Shown here: positions 38,679 to 47,512 of the stretch, piece after piece | How positions within the stretch are numbered: position 1 is the stretch's first letter | Layout of the letters: each line of letters starts with the position of its first letter | Assembly: GCA_903899705.1 (NCBI GenBank) | Contig: CAIUKQ010000222.1 | Span: 1-58,512 of the forward strand | DNA length: 58,512 bases | Direction of reading: 5' to 3' | Source of the DNA: an uncultured beta proteobacterium | Lineage (GTDB): Bacteria > Pseudomonadota > Gammaproteobacteria > Burkholderiales > SG8-39 | Position numbers and translations under genes: made by a program | Notes under the pieces: model-generated | What the model was told of the DNA's origin: nothing | The model's database searches: none | What the model saw: only the letters and a program-made list of their open reading frames with translations

Positions 38679-40298
38679 TCATGTCGTCTCGAAAGTGCAC
38701 CGCTCAAAATCGCTGCCGCGTTCCAGGGCGGCCGAAAGAAGCACCTGGCCGGAAGGTCCGCCCTCCGCTGCCCCGCACTGAATCTCGACGAGGCGCTTTG
38801 GCCGGAACCATCCGGCCGGAAGGACAAGCGTCGGCGGCGAACGCAATGCAGCCACCGCAGGAAGAAAAAGCGCGGGAACGAACTTCTCGGAATGGACATT
38901 GAGTCCGCCAAGGCGGGCGGCAATGCCTCTGGCCATTCCCGGCATGGTGCGTGTACCCAGACGGGGAACCTGATCCCCCGAAAGCGAAATCCAGCGAACG
39001 CTGCAAAGGGAAAACGAGGGGGCATCGGCCGGCCGGACCGCAATGAGCTGATGGTGCAGGAAACGGCTTGCGCCGCATTCGCGGGGACGCTCCAGCCGAA
39101 ACCCCAGAAGGCTTTCATCCAGCACGCGCCACTGCTCCAGAGCGAATCCATGCGTGACAGTGTATTCATCGTTGGTGCGCGTCGAAAGCTGCCCGAATGT
39201 TTCAATGTGTTCGCGTTGCTGCGCGGTGAGCATTGTATTGCCCGGCTGCGTTTCGAAAGGCCGTCCGGTGATGAAGTAATGCATGGCTGCCATCCCGACG
39301 CATACCCATGCGTCGCCGGTGAGCGGGCGCCTTGAGCTCTGCCTTGTCACGATGTCTTCACACCATCGCTGCCGCAGCATCACCAGCAATTCCGCAGCGA
39401 GTCCTTCGGAAACATCCTTGCCCAGCCCCAGGACTTCAGGATCCTCGCCCTGCCTGAGCGCGGCAATCCGTTTTTTAAGGCTCTTGCCGATTTCCGAGGT
39501 GTCGAGGTAGACAATCGACTTGCCGGCCCTCGCGCATCGTGTCGCGCACTCACCTGTGTCCAGATCGATGGTGATCGGCGTGACAACTGCGTTGCCTGGC
39601 GATTTTGACGAAATCGCCACCTTGCGTCCCCATCTCTCGATCCATCGGAAAATCAACGCCTGCAGGCGGGGAGCGTGCTCATTGGGGTTGGCCAGTGCCA
39701 GCAACTGGATCTGGGCGAATGTCTCGGAACAACTCATCGCGGGCGCCGACGGCGTCGTGGGATGGGCAACCCCCTTGTCTGCCACGCCCGCGGCCATCGC
39801 AAAGGCATAAACCCTGTTCAGGGTTTGCCATTCACCGGCGCTGAATTCCTGATAAACCCGGTAGTGCTCGGCCAGTTTCAGGCCGGTACTCCACAAGGCA
39901 CGCTGGCAAATGAGGTCGGCCTGCCCCGAAACACCGCCGATGTTGTCCGTGAGGTCCTTCAGGCAGTGGTGCCAACCCGCCGCAAGCGCGTCCCACAGCG
40001 CAAGCACATTTTGGAAGATTTCGCGCTCGTGTTTCGCGAGCGGAACCGGCTTGCCCGTGAATTTTCTCGCCTGTTCGGACTGCACGAACAGAACGGCCTC
40101 CCGCAGCAGTTCCAGTATCTTTATCCGTTCGCCAGGCGGCAATTCAAAACCATTGAGTTCCTCAAGTTCGCCCAGCAGTCGTCCGTGCGAGGGGGCGACA
40201 TTGGCGAGCGGCAGATCGCGCAGCCATTGCGCGCAGCCCTTTGCGTCAGTGAAGCCTGGCGCCGCGTCGGCGGCGATGACGGGCAGGTCGGGTTTCAT
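38679..40298 (-). CDS. FimW-like protein with PilZ-type motifs (paralogue B)
   Basis: WLRDLPLAN...LEELN N-terminus, RQSSR and DESLLG; ATG 40298 overlaps the HIT stop (ATGA). Confidence 0.68.
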   Translation of the reverse strand: MKPDLPVIAADAAPGFTDAKGCAQWLRDLPLANVAPSHGRLLGELEELNGFELPPGERIKILELLREAVLFVQSEQARKFTGKPVPLAKHEREIFQNVLALWDALAAGWHHCLKDLTDNIGGVSGQADLICQRALWSTGLKLAEHYRVYQEFSAGEWQTLNRVYAFAMAAGVADKGVAHPTTPSAPAMSCSETFAQIQLLALANPNEHAPRLQALIFRWIERWGRKVAISSKSPGNAVVTPITIDLDTGECATRCARAGKSIVYLDTSEIGKSLKKRIAALRQGEDPEVLGLGKDVSEGLAAELLVMLRQRWCEDIVTRQSSRRPLTGDAWVCVGMAAMHYFITGRPFETQPGNTMLTAQQREHIETFGQLSTRTNDEYTVTHGFALEQWRVLDESLLGFRLERPRECGASRFLHHQLIAVRPADAPSFSLCSVRWISLSGDQVPRLGTRTMPGMARGIAARLGGLNVHSEKFVPALFLPAVAALRSPPTLVLPAGWFRPKRLVEIQCGAAEGGPSGQVLLSAALERGSDFERCTFETT

Positions 40299-40720
40299 GG
40301 CCCGAGCAATTCCCGGAGGCGCACCGAGTACCTGCCCGGATCCGCCACATTTCTTGGCGCGCAGGCACGCTCCGCAGTCGCCCATACCGGTTTCGGGAAA
40401 TGCGCGTCATTGGTCCAGCGGGGAATCACATGCCAGTGAAGATGGGGCACGGCATTTCCCAGACTCGCGAGATTGATTTTGTCGGGCACCGCCAGATCGC
40501 GCACGGCAGATTCGACCGCAAATACAATGCGCATCAGGCCGTTCCTTTCGGCCTCCGCCAGGTCGGTCATTTCCTTCACATGCCGATTGAGTATCACTCT
40601 GCAAAACCCCGGGTAATCGTCATCTGCCACCAGCACCACCCTGGCAATGTCATCCCGCCATAGCAGGTGTCCACCGGCAGAGTTGCACAATTCACATTCG
40701 ATAACTGTTAATTTGTTCAC
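40295..40720 (-). CDS. HIT family hydrolase
   Basis: CELC, HVKEMTDL, histidine triad PHLHWH. Confidence 0.92.
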   Translation of the reverse strand: MNKLTVIECELCNSAGGHLLWRDDIARVVLVADDDYPGFCRVILNRHVKEMTDLAEAERNGLMRIVFAVESAVRDLAVPDKINLASLGNAVPHLHWHVIPRWTNDAHFPKPVWATAERACAPRNVADPGRYSVRLRELLGP

Positions 40721-40859
40721 GGTGGCTGACAGGGGTGGGGGGCGTATTGTTCGACTGCGTGAATAATGTCACGTGGAAACGCTGTCACGGCAGATTTTTA
40801 CAATCAGTTACAGGCGCTGGTTGCGTGAACGTGGAGTGGCGCGGAATTGCGGCCGAGTT

Positions 40860-41669
40860 TCAGATCTCTGTGGATGCCGCGATTTCCGCGCGCGGAAATA
40901 TGTCCACGTACGCGGCGTAAAAACTGCCGAACAGTGTGGGCATGATCATGATGGTTGCCGCGAGCATGAAGCCACGCGCGGCCTGCGGATTTCCACCTGC
41001 CATGACGGCGAACATGGCCACGAACATGGCCACGAGCATCGCGAATAGGGTCACCGCGCCGCCGTAGACAATCAGGGCCCGCCAGTTTCGCAAACAGGCA
41101 AAAAAACTGTAGAAGAGGGATTTCGCCGCGCCCATGCCGTCGAATGCGACCAGCAGTGGGGCAAACCAGAAAGCCATGAGCACTGGTGTGGCCAGGATGG
41201 CGGCAAGCGGCATGGAGGCGGAGAGATTGCCTTCTTTCACCACCGCTTCGGTGGGGGCCTTGTTGAACAAAATCCACTCCATCAGCGTGCCACCATCGGC
41301 GATTGCGGATATTGCCAATACGACACTGATGGAACAGAGGTAGAGCACTCCCAGAAGTAGTGCTGTCCGCGGATTCCTTTGGAAACCCGCGTAGAGGAGT
41401 ATCGGCTTGACCGCCTGGCCCCGCCGTATCTCGTCGCATACGATCGAGAAACTCGCGGAGAAAGCGGGCAGGCAGACCGCCACGACAACCGCTCCGATGG
41501 GGCCGATGCCGTTCATCACGGCGATCAGCATCCAGTAGGCCAGCATGAGAAGCGTCCACATGCCGGGACTTGCGCGGAAATAACGCAGGCCTTCGGCCAG
41601 CCAGTTCCAGCCGTTCTTTGCCGGCGCGACACGCAATGTGACCGGGCCTGAAACCTCAGCTTCGGACAT
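40860..41669 (-). CDS. BPSS1780 family membrane protein
   Basis: GWNWL.EG, WFAPLL, Y.AYVDIF; coupled to thrB. Confidence 0.8.
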   Translation of the reverse strand: MSEAEVSGPVTLRVAPAKNGWNWLAEGLRYFRASPGMWTLLMLAYWMLIAVMNGIGPIGAVVVAVCLPAFSASFSIVCDEIRRGQAVKPILLYAGFQRNPRTALLLGVLYLCSISVVLAISAIADGGTLMEWILFNKAPTEAVVKEGNLSASMPLAAILATPVLMAFWFAPLLVAFDGMGAAKSLFYSFFACLRNWRALIVYGGAVTLFAMLVAMFVAMFAVMAGGNPQAARGFMLAATIMIMPTLFGSFYAAYVDIFPRAEIAASTEI

Positions 41670-42621
41670 GAAGGCTCAAATCATGGGCAACTGAACGACG
41701 TGCTTCGAGAATGCGGCGGAAATGCTCGGGATCATGGGCGTGGGTGAGTTCGCCCGCCCTCGGCAGATAAAAGTCGTAGAGCCTGGATAGCCAGAATCTG
41801 AGCGCCGCGGCCCTCAGCATGGCAGGCCAGGTTGCGAGTTCCTCCGTTGTGAAGGCGCGGATATCGCGGTAGGCATCCAGCAGCGCCGCCGCGAGCGACA
41901 GGTCAAGGGCGCCGTCCTTGGCGACACACCAGTCATTGACGGTAACGGCAACGTCAAAGAGCAGACTGTCCCTGCCCGCAAAATAGAAGTCAATTACACC
42001 GCCGAGACGGGGCGATTCCACGCCGTCCTGCCAAAGTACATTGTCCCGGAACATGTCCCCGTGAATCGGCCCGCGAGGCAGCGCCGCAGTGGCCTGCTCG
42101 TCCTGAAAGGAGAGCTCGGAATTCAGCAACTCGCGTCGCGAAGCATCTAGAAACGGAATCACCAGTTGCGCGGCCGCCCGCCGCCAGGCATGGCCCCGCG
42201 GGTTCTCGATATCGCCCTTGAATGACTGGCCTGCGACGTGCATCTCGGCAAGGGTTGCGCCAATCTGGCGGCAATGGCCCCACGTCGGCTCGGAAACGGG
42301 CCTTCCCGGAAGGCAGGTCACCAGCGTTGCCGGTTTTCCGTTCAGGTGCCCCAGCAGCTTGTCATCGCGATTTGCAATGGGTGAGGGGCAGGGAACGCCG
42401 TGACGGGCAAGGTGCGCCATCAATTCAAGGTAGAAGTGCAGTTCGGCATCCGTGAGGCGCTCGAACAGCGTCAACACGAAACGTCCGTGGGTGGTGGTGA
42501 CGAAATAGTTGGTGTTTTCGATGCCTGCGGCAATTCCCTGAAGGTCGATAGGGGAGCCCACCCCGTAGTTTTTCAACCACGGGGTCAGTTCATCGATGGA
42601 AACTTTGGTGAATACCGACAT
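41656..42621 (-). CDS. thrB: Homoserine kinase type II
   Basis: MSVFT, GIENTNY, HGDMFRDN, DFYFA, RFWLSRL. Confidence 0.93.
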   Translation of the reverse strand: MSVFTKVSIDELTPWLKNYGVGSPIDLQGIAAGIENTNYFVTTTHGRFVLTLFERLTDAELHFYLELMAHLARHGVPCPSPIANRDDKLLGHLNGKPATLVTCLPGRPVSEPTWGHCRQIGATLAEMHVAGQSFKGDIENPRGHAWRRAAAQLVIPFLDASRRELLNSELSFQDEQATAALPRGPIHGDMFRDNVLWQDGVESPRLGGVIDFYFAGRDSLLFDVAVTVNDWCVAKDGALDLSLAAALLDAYRDIRAFTTEELATWPAMLRAAALRFWLSRLYDFYLPRAGELTHAHDPEHFRRILEARRSVAHDLSLHVRS

Positions 42622-42761
42622 TGAATCGCAGCGGGGAAATTATTCGGGCAGTGGTTGTTGGCGGCGCGTCCGGCAGGTGTCCGGCATTGCGTCGCGGGCG
42701 GAGCCCGATTGGGCAGGACCTGCAGACCGTGCGCCGCAATGCACCTGCGGCGGAGATACGC

Positions 42762-43085
42762 TCAGAAAGTCTGGATAACCCACATGGGCACACGTACGGG
42801 CTGGTCAATGATGCCACCCCTGGGAGTGCCTGAAGAGTCGTCTTTGAGGTAATAGACCAGACCCGACGGGGTTGTCACACGAATGGTCCTCTTGCCGTCA
42901 ATGACAATTTCCTCGACCTGATCATTGACGCCCGGCGTGATCTGTACGGGCGAGTCGCCGGGCGCTTCAGAGGCGACCCCGGGGGGCAGTGAGGGTGGCT
43001 CGGGCAGGGGTTCGAGCTTGGGCGGTTGCTGCGCCCAGAGCGCAGTGGCACCCATCAGAAGAATAAACGCGAGAAATCGGCGCAT
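42762..43085 (-). CDS. DUF2782-like exported protein
   Basis: Signal peptide, Pro-rich region, IRVTTP.G..YYL, VPMWVI..F. Confidence 0.75.
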   Translation of the reverse strand: MRRFLAFILLMGATALWAQQPPKLEPLPEPPSLPPGVASEAPGDSPVQITPGVNDQVEEIVIDGKRTIRVTTPSGLVYYLKDDSSGTPRGGIIDQPVRVPMWVIQTF

Positions 43086-43314
43086 GGTGGCTCTCAACTG
43101 TGGTTTGAGTTTTTCCGGCGGGTCATGCGGCAACTGCGCGATTCGCAGCCTGCACAGACAGGTCCGGTGATGAGCCGATTCTGACATAATTCCCGGCGAC
43201 ATCCGAGCCGCGTTCTCGCCGACGGAATATGCGCAAAAACTGTGCAAATCGGCAGCGCGGTGCCGGTCGGGGCGGATTCTGCGCGCCAGGCCGGATTTTT
43301 CTCCTGGGGAACCC

Positions 43315-46056
43315 TTGAAAACCTTGCTACTTGTCGACGGCTCCTCGTATTTATACCGGGCCTTTCACGCCATGCCGGACCTTCGCAGTCCCGCGGGTGA
43401 GCCCACAGGCGCCATTTATGGCGTCATCAACATGTTGCGGCGTCTTCTCGCCGACTACCCGGCGGAGCATCTGGCCTGCGTTTTTGACACCAAGGGCAAG
43501 ACCTTCCGCGATCTGGAATACGAACAGTACAAGGCCAACCGGCCGCCGATGCCCGATGATTTGGTGCGCCAGATAGAACCGCTCCATGAGGCGATACGCG
43601 CGCTGGGCTGGCCGGTGCTGGCCATAGAAGGGGTTGAGGCTGATGATGTCATCGGCACCCTCGCCCGCGATGCCGAGCGGCAGGGCATGCGGTGCGTGAT
43701 CTCGACCGGTGACAAGGACCTTGCCCAACTGGTGACTCCGGCAGTCACGCTGGTCAACACCATGTCCAATGAAATCCTGGACGAGGCCGGGGTGCTTGCA
43801 AAATTTGGCGTCCGTCCGGACCAGATCGTGGACTACCTGTCCCTCACCGGTGATGTGGTGGACAACGTGCCCGGCGTGGAAAAGGTCGGCCCGAAGACCG
43901 CGGTGAAGTGGATCGGGCAGTACGGTTCGCTGGACGGTGTGATGTCGAATGCCGCGCAGATTGGCGGGGTGGTGGGCGAGAATCTTCGAAAAGCGCTCGA
44001 CTGGCTGCCCAAGGGCCGATGGCTCGTGACGGTGAAATGCGATGTCGAGATGCCTTGCACGATCGAACAGCTGGATCCCAAGCCCAGAGACGATGCCAAA
44101 TTGACCGAGCTGTTCGCGCATTTCGGTTTCAGGGCGTGGCTGAAGGAAGTCTCCGGCGGTGAGGCTGCCAAATCGAATGCTCCCGCGAATAATCCCGGGC
44201 CGATGGCGCCGACGCCTGCGACTGAAGCGCCAAAGGCGCAGGCGGTGTTGTCGCGGGAATATGCCTGCATCACCGGCGAGGCCGAGCTGCAGGCTTGGAT
44301 CTCACGACTGGACGCGGCCGACATTGTCAGTGTCGACACGGAAACCACAAGTCTTGATCCGATGTCCGCACAGCTGGTGGGCATGTCGTTCTCGGTGGAG
44401 CCCGGCAAGGCTGCCTACCTGCCGCTTGCCCACCAATATGCCGGTGCTCCCGCGCAGATGGGCGCGGCACGTGCGCTGGAATTGCTGCGTCCGTGGATGG
44501 AGGATCCGTCGAAAAAGAAGCTCGGGCAAAACCTGAAATACGACCAGCATGTGTTCGCCAATCATGGCGTGAGCCTTGCGGGCATTGAGCACGACACCTT
44601 GCTTGAATCCTATGTCCTGGAGAGCCACCTGCGCCATGACATGGATACGCTCGCCGAGCGCCACCTGGGCGCCAAGACCATCACCTATGATGAAGTGACA
44701 GGCAAGGGCGCGCAGCGCATCGGGTTCGATCAGGTGGAGGTGTCGCGCGCCACCGACTATGCCGCCGAGGATGCCGATATCACCCTACAGCTGCATCTGG
44801 CGCTGTTTCCACAGGTGGCCGCGGACGAGGGCCTGCGTCATGTCTATGAAAAAATAGAGATGCCGGTTCGCGAGGTGCTGTTCAGAATGGAGCGTGAGGG
44901 CGTGCTGATCGACGGCGCGCTCCTCAATGTTCAAAGCCGCGAACTGGGCGCAAAGATGATGGAGCTCGAGGCGCGCGCACACAGGGAGGCCGGCCAGCCC
45001 TTCAACCTCAACTCGCCCAAGCAGATCGGCGAGATCTTTTTCGAACAGCTCAAACTTCCGGTAGTCAAGAAGACCCCGGGTGGCGCGCCCTCCACCGATG
45101 AAGAGGTGCTGGAGAAGCTCGCGCTCGATTACCCGCTGCCGAAGACGCTGCTCGAATACCGGAGCATCTCCAAGCTCAAGTCCACCTATACCGACAAGCT
45201 GCCGAAGATGGTGAATGCGCGTACCGGCCGCGTGCATACCACCTACGGACAGGCCATCGCGGTGACTGGACGCCTTGCGTCCAACGATCCGAATCTTCAG
45301 AACATCCCTGTACGAACCGCGGAAGGCCGGCGAATACGCGAGGCCTTTGTCGCGCCGCAGGGATCGGTGATTGTGTCCGCGGATTATTCGCAGATCGAAC
45401 TTCGCATCATGGCGCACCTATCGGAGGACGCGAACCTGATCGCAGCTTTCGAGCGTGGCGAGGACATTCACCGCGCCACCGCGGCGGAGGTTTTCAACCG
45501 CGGCCTGCACGAGGTCAGCAATGAGGAGCGCCGTTATGCCAAGGCGATCAACTTCGGGCTGATCTACGGCATGTCGGCTTTTGGTCTTGCCCAGCAGCTG
45601 GGCATCGAGCGCGCCACGGCGCAGGCCTACATCGCCAGCTACTTCACGCGCTACCCGGGTGTGTCCAAATTCATGCAGGAGACGCGGGAGTCGGCCAAGG
45701 ACAGGGGCTATGTCGAAACGGTGTTCGGCCGCAAGCTCTGGCTGCCCGAAATCAAGAGCACCAACCAGGCGCGCCGCGCCGGTGCCGAACGCGCGGCTAT
45801 CAATGCGCCGATGCAGGGCACGGCGGCGGACCTGATCAAGCTGGCGATGATCGCCGTGGACGGCTGGCTGCGAGAGGGAAAGCTCAAATCAAAACTTGTG
45901 ATGCAGGTGCACGACGAACTGGTGCTGGAAGTGCCGGAGGCAGAGCTTGAGCACGTGAAGAAAGAACTGCCCGAGCACATGACGCGCGTTGCAAGCCTGA
46001 AGGTGCCGCTGGTTGCCGATGTGGGTGTCGGTCCGAACTGGGAAACGGCGCATTAG
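43315..46056 (+). CDS. polA: DNA polymerase I
   Basis: DGSSYLYRAFHA 5'-3' exonuclease, DTETT 3'-5' exonuclease, DYSQIELR, AKAINFGLIYG, QVHDE. Confidence 0.98.
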   Translation: MKTLLLVDGSSYLYRAFHAMPDLRSPAGEPTGAIYGVINMLRRLLADYPAEHLACVFDTKGKTFRDLEYEQYKANRPPMPDDLVRQIEPLHEAIRALGWPVLAIEGVEADDVIGTLARDAERQGMRCVISTGDKDLAQLVTPAVTLVNTMSNEILDEAGVLAKFGVRPDQIVDYLSLTGDVVDNVPGVEKVGPKTAVKWIGQYGSLDGVMSNAAQIGGVVGENLRKALDWLPKGRWLVTVKCDVEMPCTIEQLDPKPRDDAKLTELFAHFGFRAWLKEVSGGEAAKSNAPANNPGPMAPTPATEAPKAQAVLSREYACITGEAELQAWISRLDAADIVSVDTETTSLDPMSAQLVGMSFSVEPGKAAYLPLAHQYAGAPAQMGAARALELLRPWMEDPSKKKLGQNLKYDQHVFANHGVSLAGIEHDTLLESYVLESHLRHDMDTLAERHLGAKTITYDEVTGKGAQRIGFDQVEVSRATDYAAEDADITLQLHLALFPQVAADEGLRHVYEKIEMPVREVLFRMEREGVLIDGALLNVQSRELGAKMMELEARAHREAGQPFNLNSPKQIGEIFFEQLKLPVVKKTPGGAPSTDEEVLEKLALDYPLPKTLLEYRSISKLKSTYTDKLPKMVNARTGRVHTTYGQAIAVTGRLASNDPNLQNIPVRTAEGRRIREAFVAPQGSVIVSADYSQIELRIMAHLSEDANLIAAFERGEDIHRATAAEVFNRGLHEVSNEERRYAKAINFGLIYGMSAFGLAQQLGIERATAQAYIASYFTRYPGVSKFMQETRESAKDRGYVETVFGRKLWLPEIKSTNQARRAGAERAAINAPMQGTAADLIKLAMIAVDGWLREGKLKSKLVMQVHDELVLEVPEAELEHVKKELPEHMTRVASLKVPLVADVGVGPNWETAH

Positions 46057-46228
46057 CTTCGCCGCTAGATTCAATACTCGGCAGCTGATGCGAATTGGAA
46101 GGGTCTTGCATAAGCGATTAATAAATAAGTACTTATTGTCATGCATTGAGCGTCCCAATTGGTTGCCATTTAATGCCTACGCCACTGATCTAAGTGTCGA
46201 TCATTGGCATCGGACCAGAACGTGCTAC

Positions 46229-47512
46229 TCAAAACAATCTTCCCGAGGCACTTGTCGAGATGTAGCGTACCGGCTTTGATACCTTTTCAAGTACGCCTTC
46301 TTTGACCAATCTCTGTAACCACTCCTTTGCCTGAGCTTTCGATACATCTAGCTCCGCTGCAACTTCAGAGTCATTCTTCGGAGTGTCCATTTTATGAAGA
46401 AGTGACCGCACTTTCGCAAAAAGTTCTTCTGCCGGAGTCAAGTGGATTGCGATTGGCGGGCAGACGTCCACGGGCTTTTCTACCGGCCTTTCGTTCTCGG
46501 CTGTGTACTCCAGAATGGGCTCTTTCGCAGTGGCGAGAGCCAATTGATCCTGGTTCGAATTTTCACTTCGCTCCTGAAGAGTAAGCGCAGCGTCAAGCGT
46601 TTCTTCACTGTCTGGATTTGGCCATTGCATTGCACCTTTCTGTCGCAATGCTTCCAAACCATTCGATTTTTCACCTGTTGACCGGATGTACACAGGAACG
46701 AGATGTAGTCTCTCCAATTGCTCCACCGCGCCCGCCCAGGTACCACCCTTATTGGCATCCGAGTTAATCACGAGAGCTGCATCTGCCAGCGCATAGATCA
46801 GTTTATTGCGCTGCATGGCGTTGCCAACATTGAATCCTGCCGAAGGATCGTAGGGGGAAATCAGGATCATTTGCCCATCTAGCAGGAAATTCCGGTGTTC
46901 GCGATTCATGGCGGTACGCTCTAGGCTGTCCGCAAGTACGCCGGTCACTTTTCCGCCAGCTTCAAGCGCACCTCGCATAGCCGCCTGATCAATACCTCGT
47001 GCTCCGCCAGAAATGACCGTGTGCTTTGCTTTTGCGACCAGACGGCCAACGCTTTGCGTGTACTCGATCAAGCTGTCATCGACATCACGGGAACCTATGA
47101 TCGACAGCCCGCCTGAATCCAGAAGCGCGATATCGCCGCAACCGTAAATCACGGATGGAGCCTCTTCTTTTAAGCGTGTTTTCAGTCGTCGAGGGTATTC
47201 CGCATCAGCTCTGCTCAGTACCCAGATGGCGCGTGTCTGCCAGCGATCCACCGCCTGGCTCAACAGAAAGCCTCGGGCCAACAAGTTCTTGAGTCGGTCG
47301 CTTCCAACCAGTTGTTGACATTCCAGAAGCAGATTTCCTGCGCCGGGAACCAGTAAATCCGCCGGTTCTCGCTGTTTATCGCGAAGAAAACGCGCGAGTT
47401 TCTTGTACTCGCCAGGCTTCAACAATTCGATAGAAGCATCTCGACGCCCTGCGATAAGCGGTGCGGTCAGCAGCAGGATTGCCTGAGTATTTGGCGACAA
47501 CGAGGTGCTCAT
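46229..47512 (-). CDS. DprA/Smf (SLOG)-domain protein with C-terminal winged HTH, RqlI-like
   Basis: [40 protein letters not shown]; ATG 47512 overlaps the helicase TGA. Confidence 0.85.
   Translation of the reverse strand: MSTSLSPNTQAILLLTAPLIAGRRDASIELLKPGEYKKLARFLRDKQREPADLLVPGAGNLLLECQQLVGSDRLKNLLARGFLLSQAVDRWQTRAIWVLSRADAEYPRRLKTRLKEEAPSVIYGCGDIALLDSGGLSIIGSRDVDDSLIEYTQSVGRLVAKAKHTVISGGARGIDQAAMRGALEAGGKVTGVLADSLERTAMNREHRNFLLDGQMILISPYDPSAGFNVGNAMQRNKLIYALADAALVINSDANKGGTWAGAVEQLERLHLVPVYIRSTGEKSNGLEALRQKGAMQWPNPDSEETLDAALTLQERSENSNQDQLALATAKEPILEYTAENERPVEKPVDVCPPIAIHLTPAEELFAKVRSLLHKMDTPKNDSEVAAELDVSKAQAKEWLQRLVKEGVLEKVSKPVRYISTSASGRLF

Noticed and set aside
46102-46130. dif/Xer-like site (…TGCATAA followed by an AT-rich arm) at the insertion edge
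   Set aside because: The XerD arm does not match the conserved TTATGTTAAAT.
46229-47512. Canonical competence gene dprA
   Set aside because: Low GC, coupled to an RqlH-like helicase, and not in the usual def/lysM-dprA-smg-topA context.
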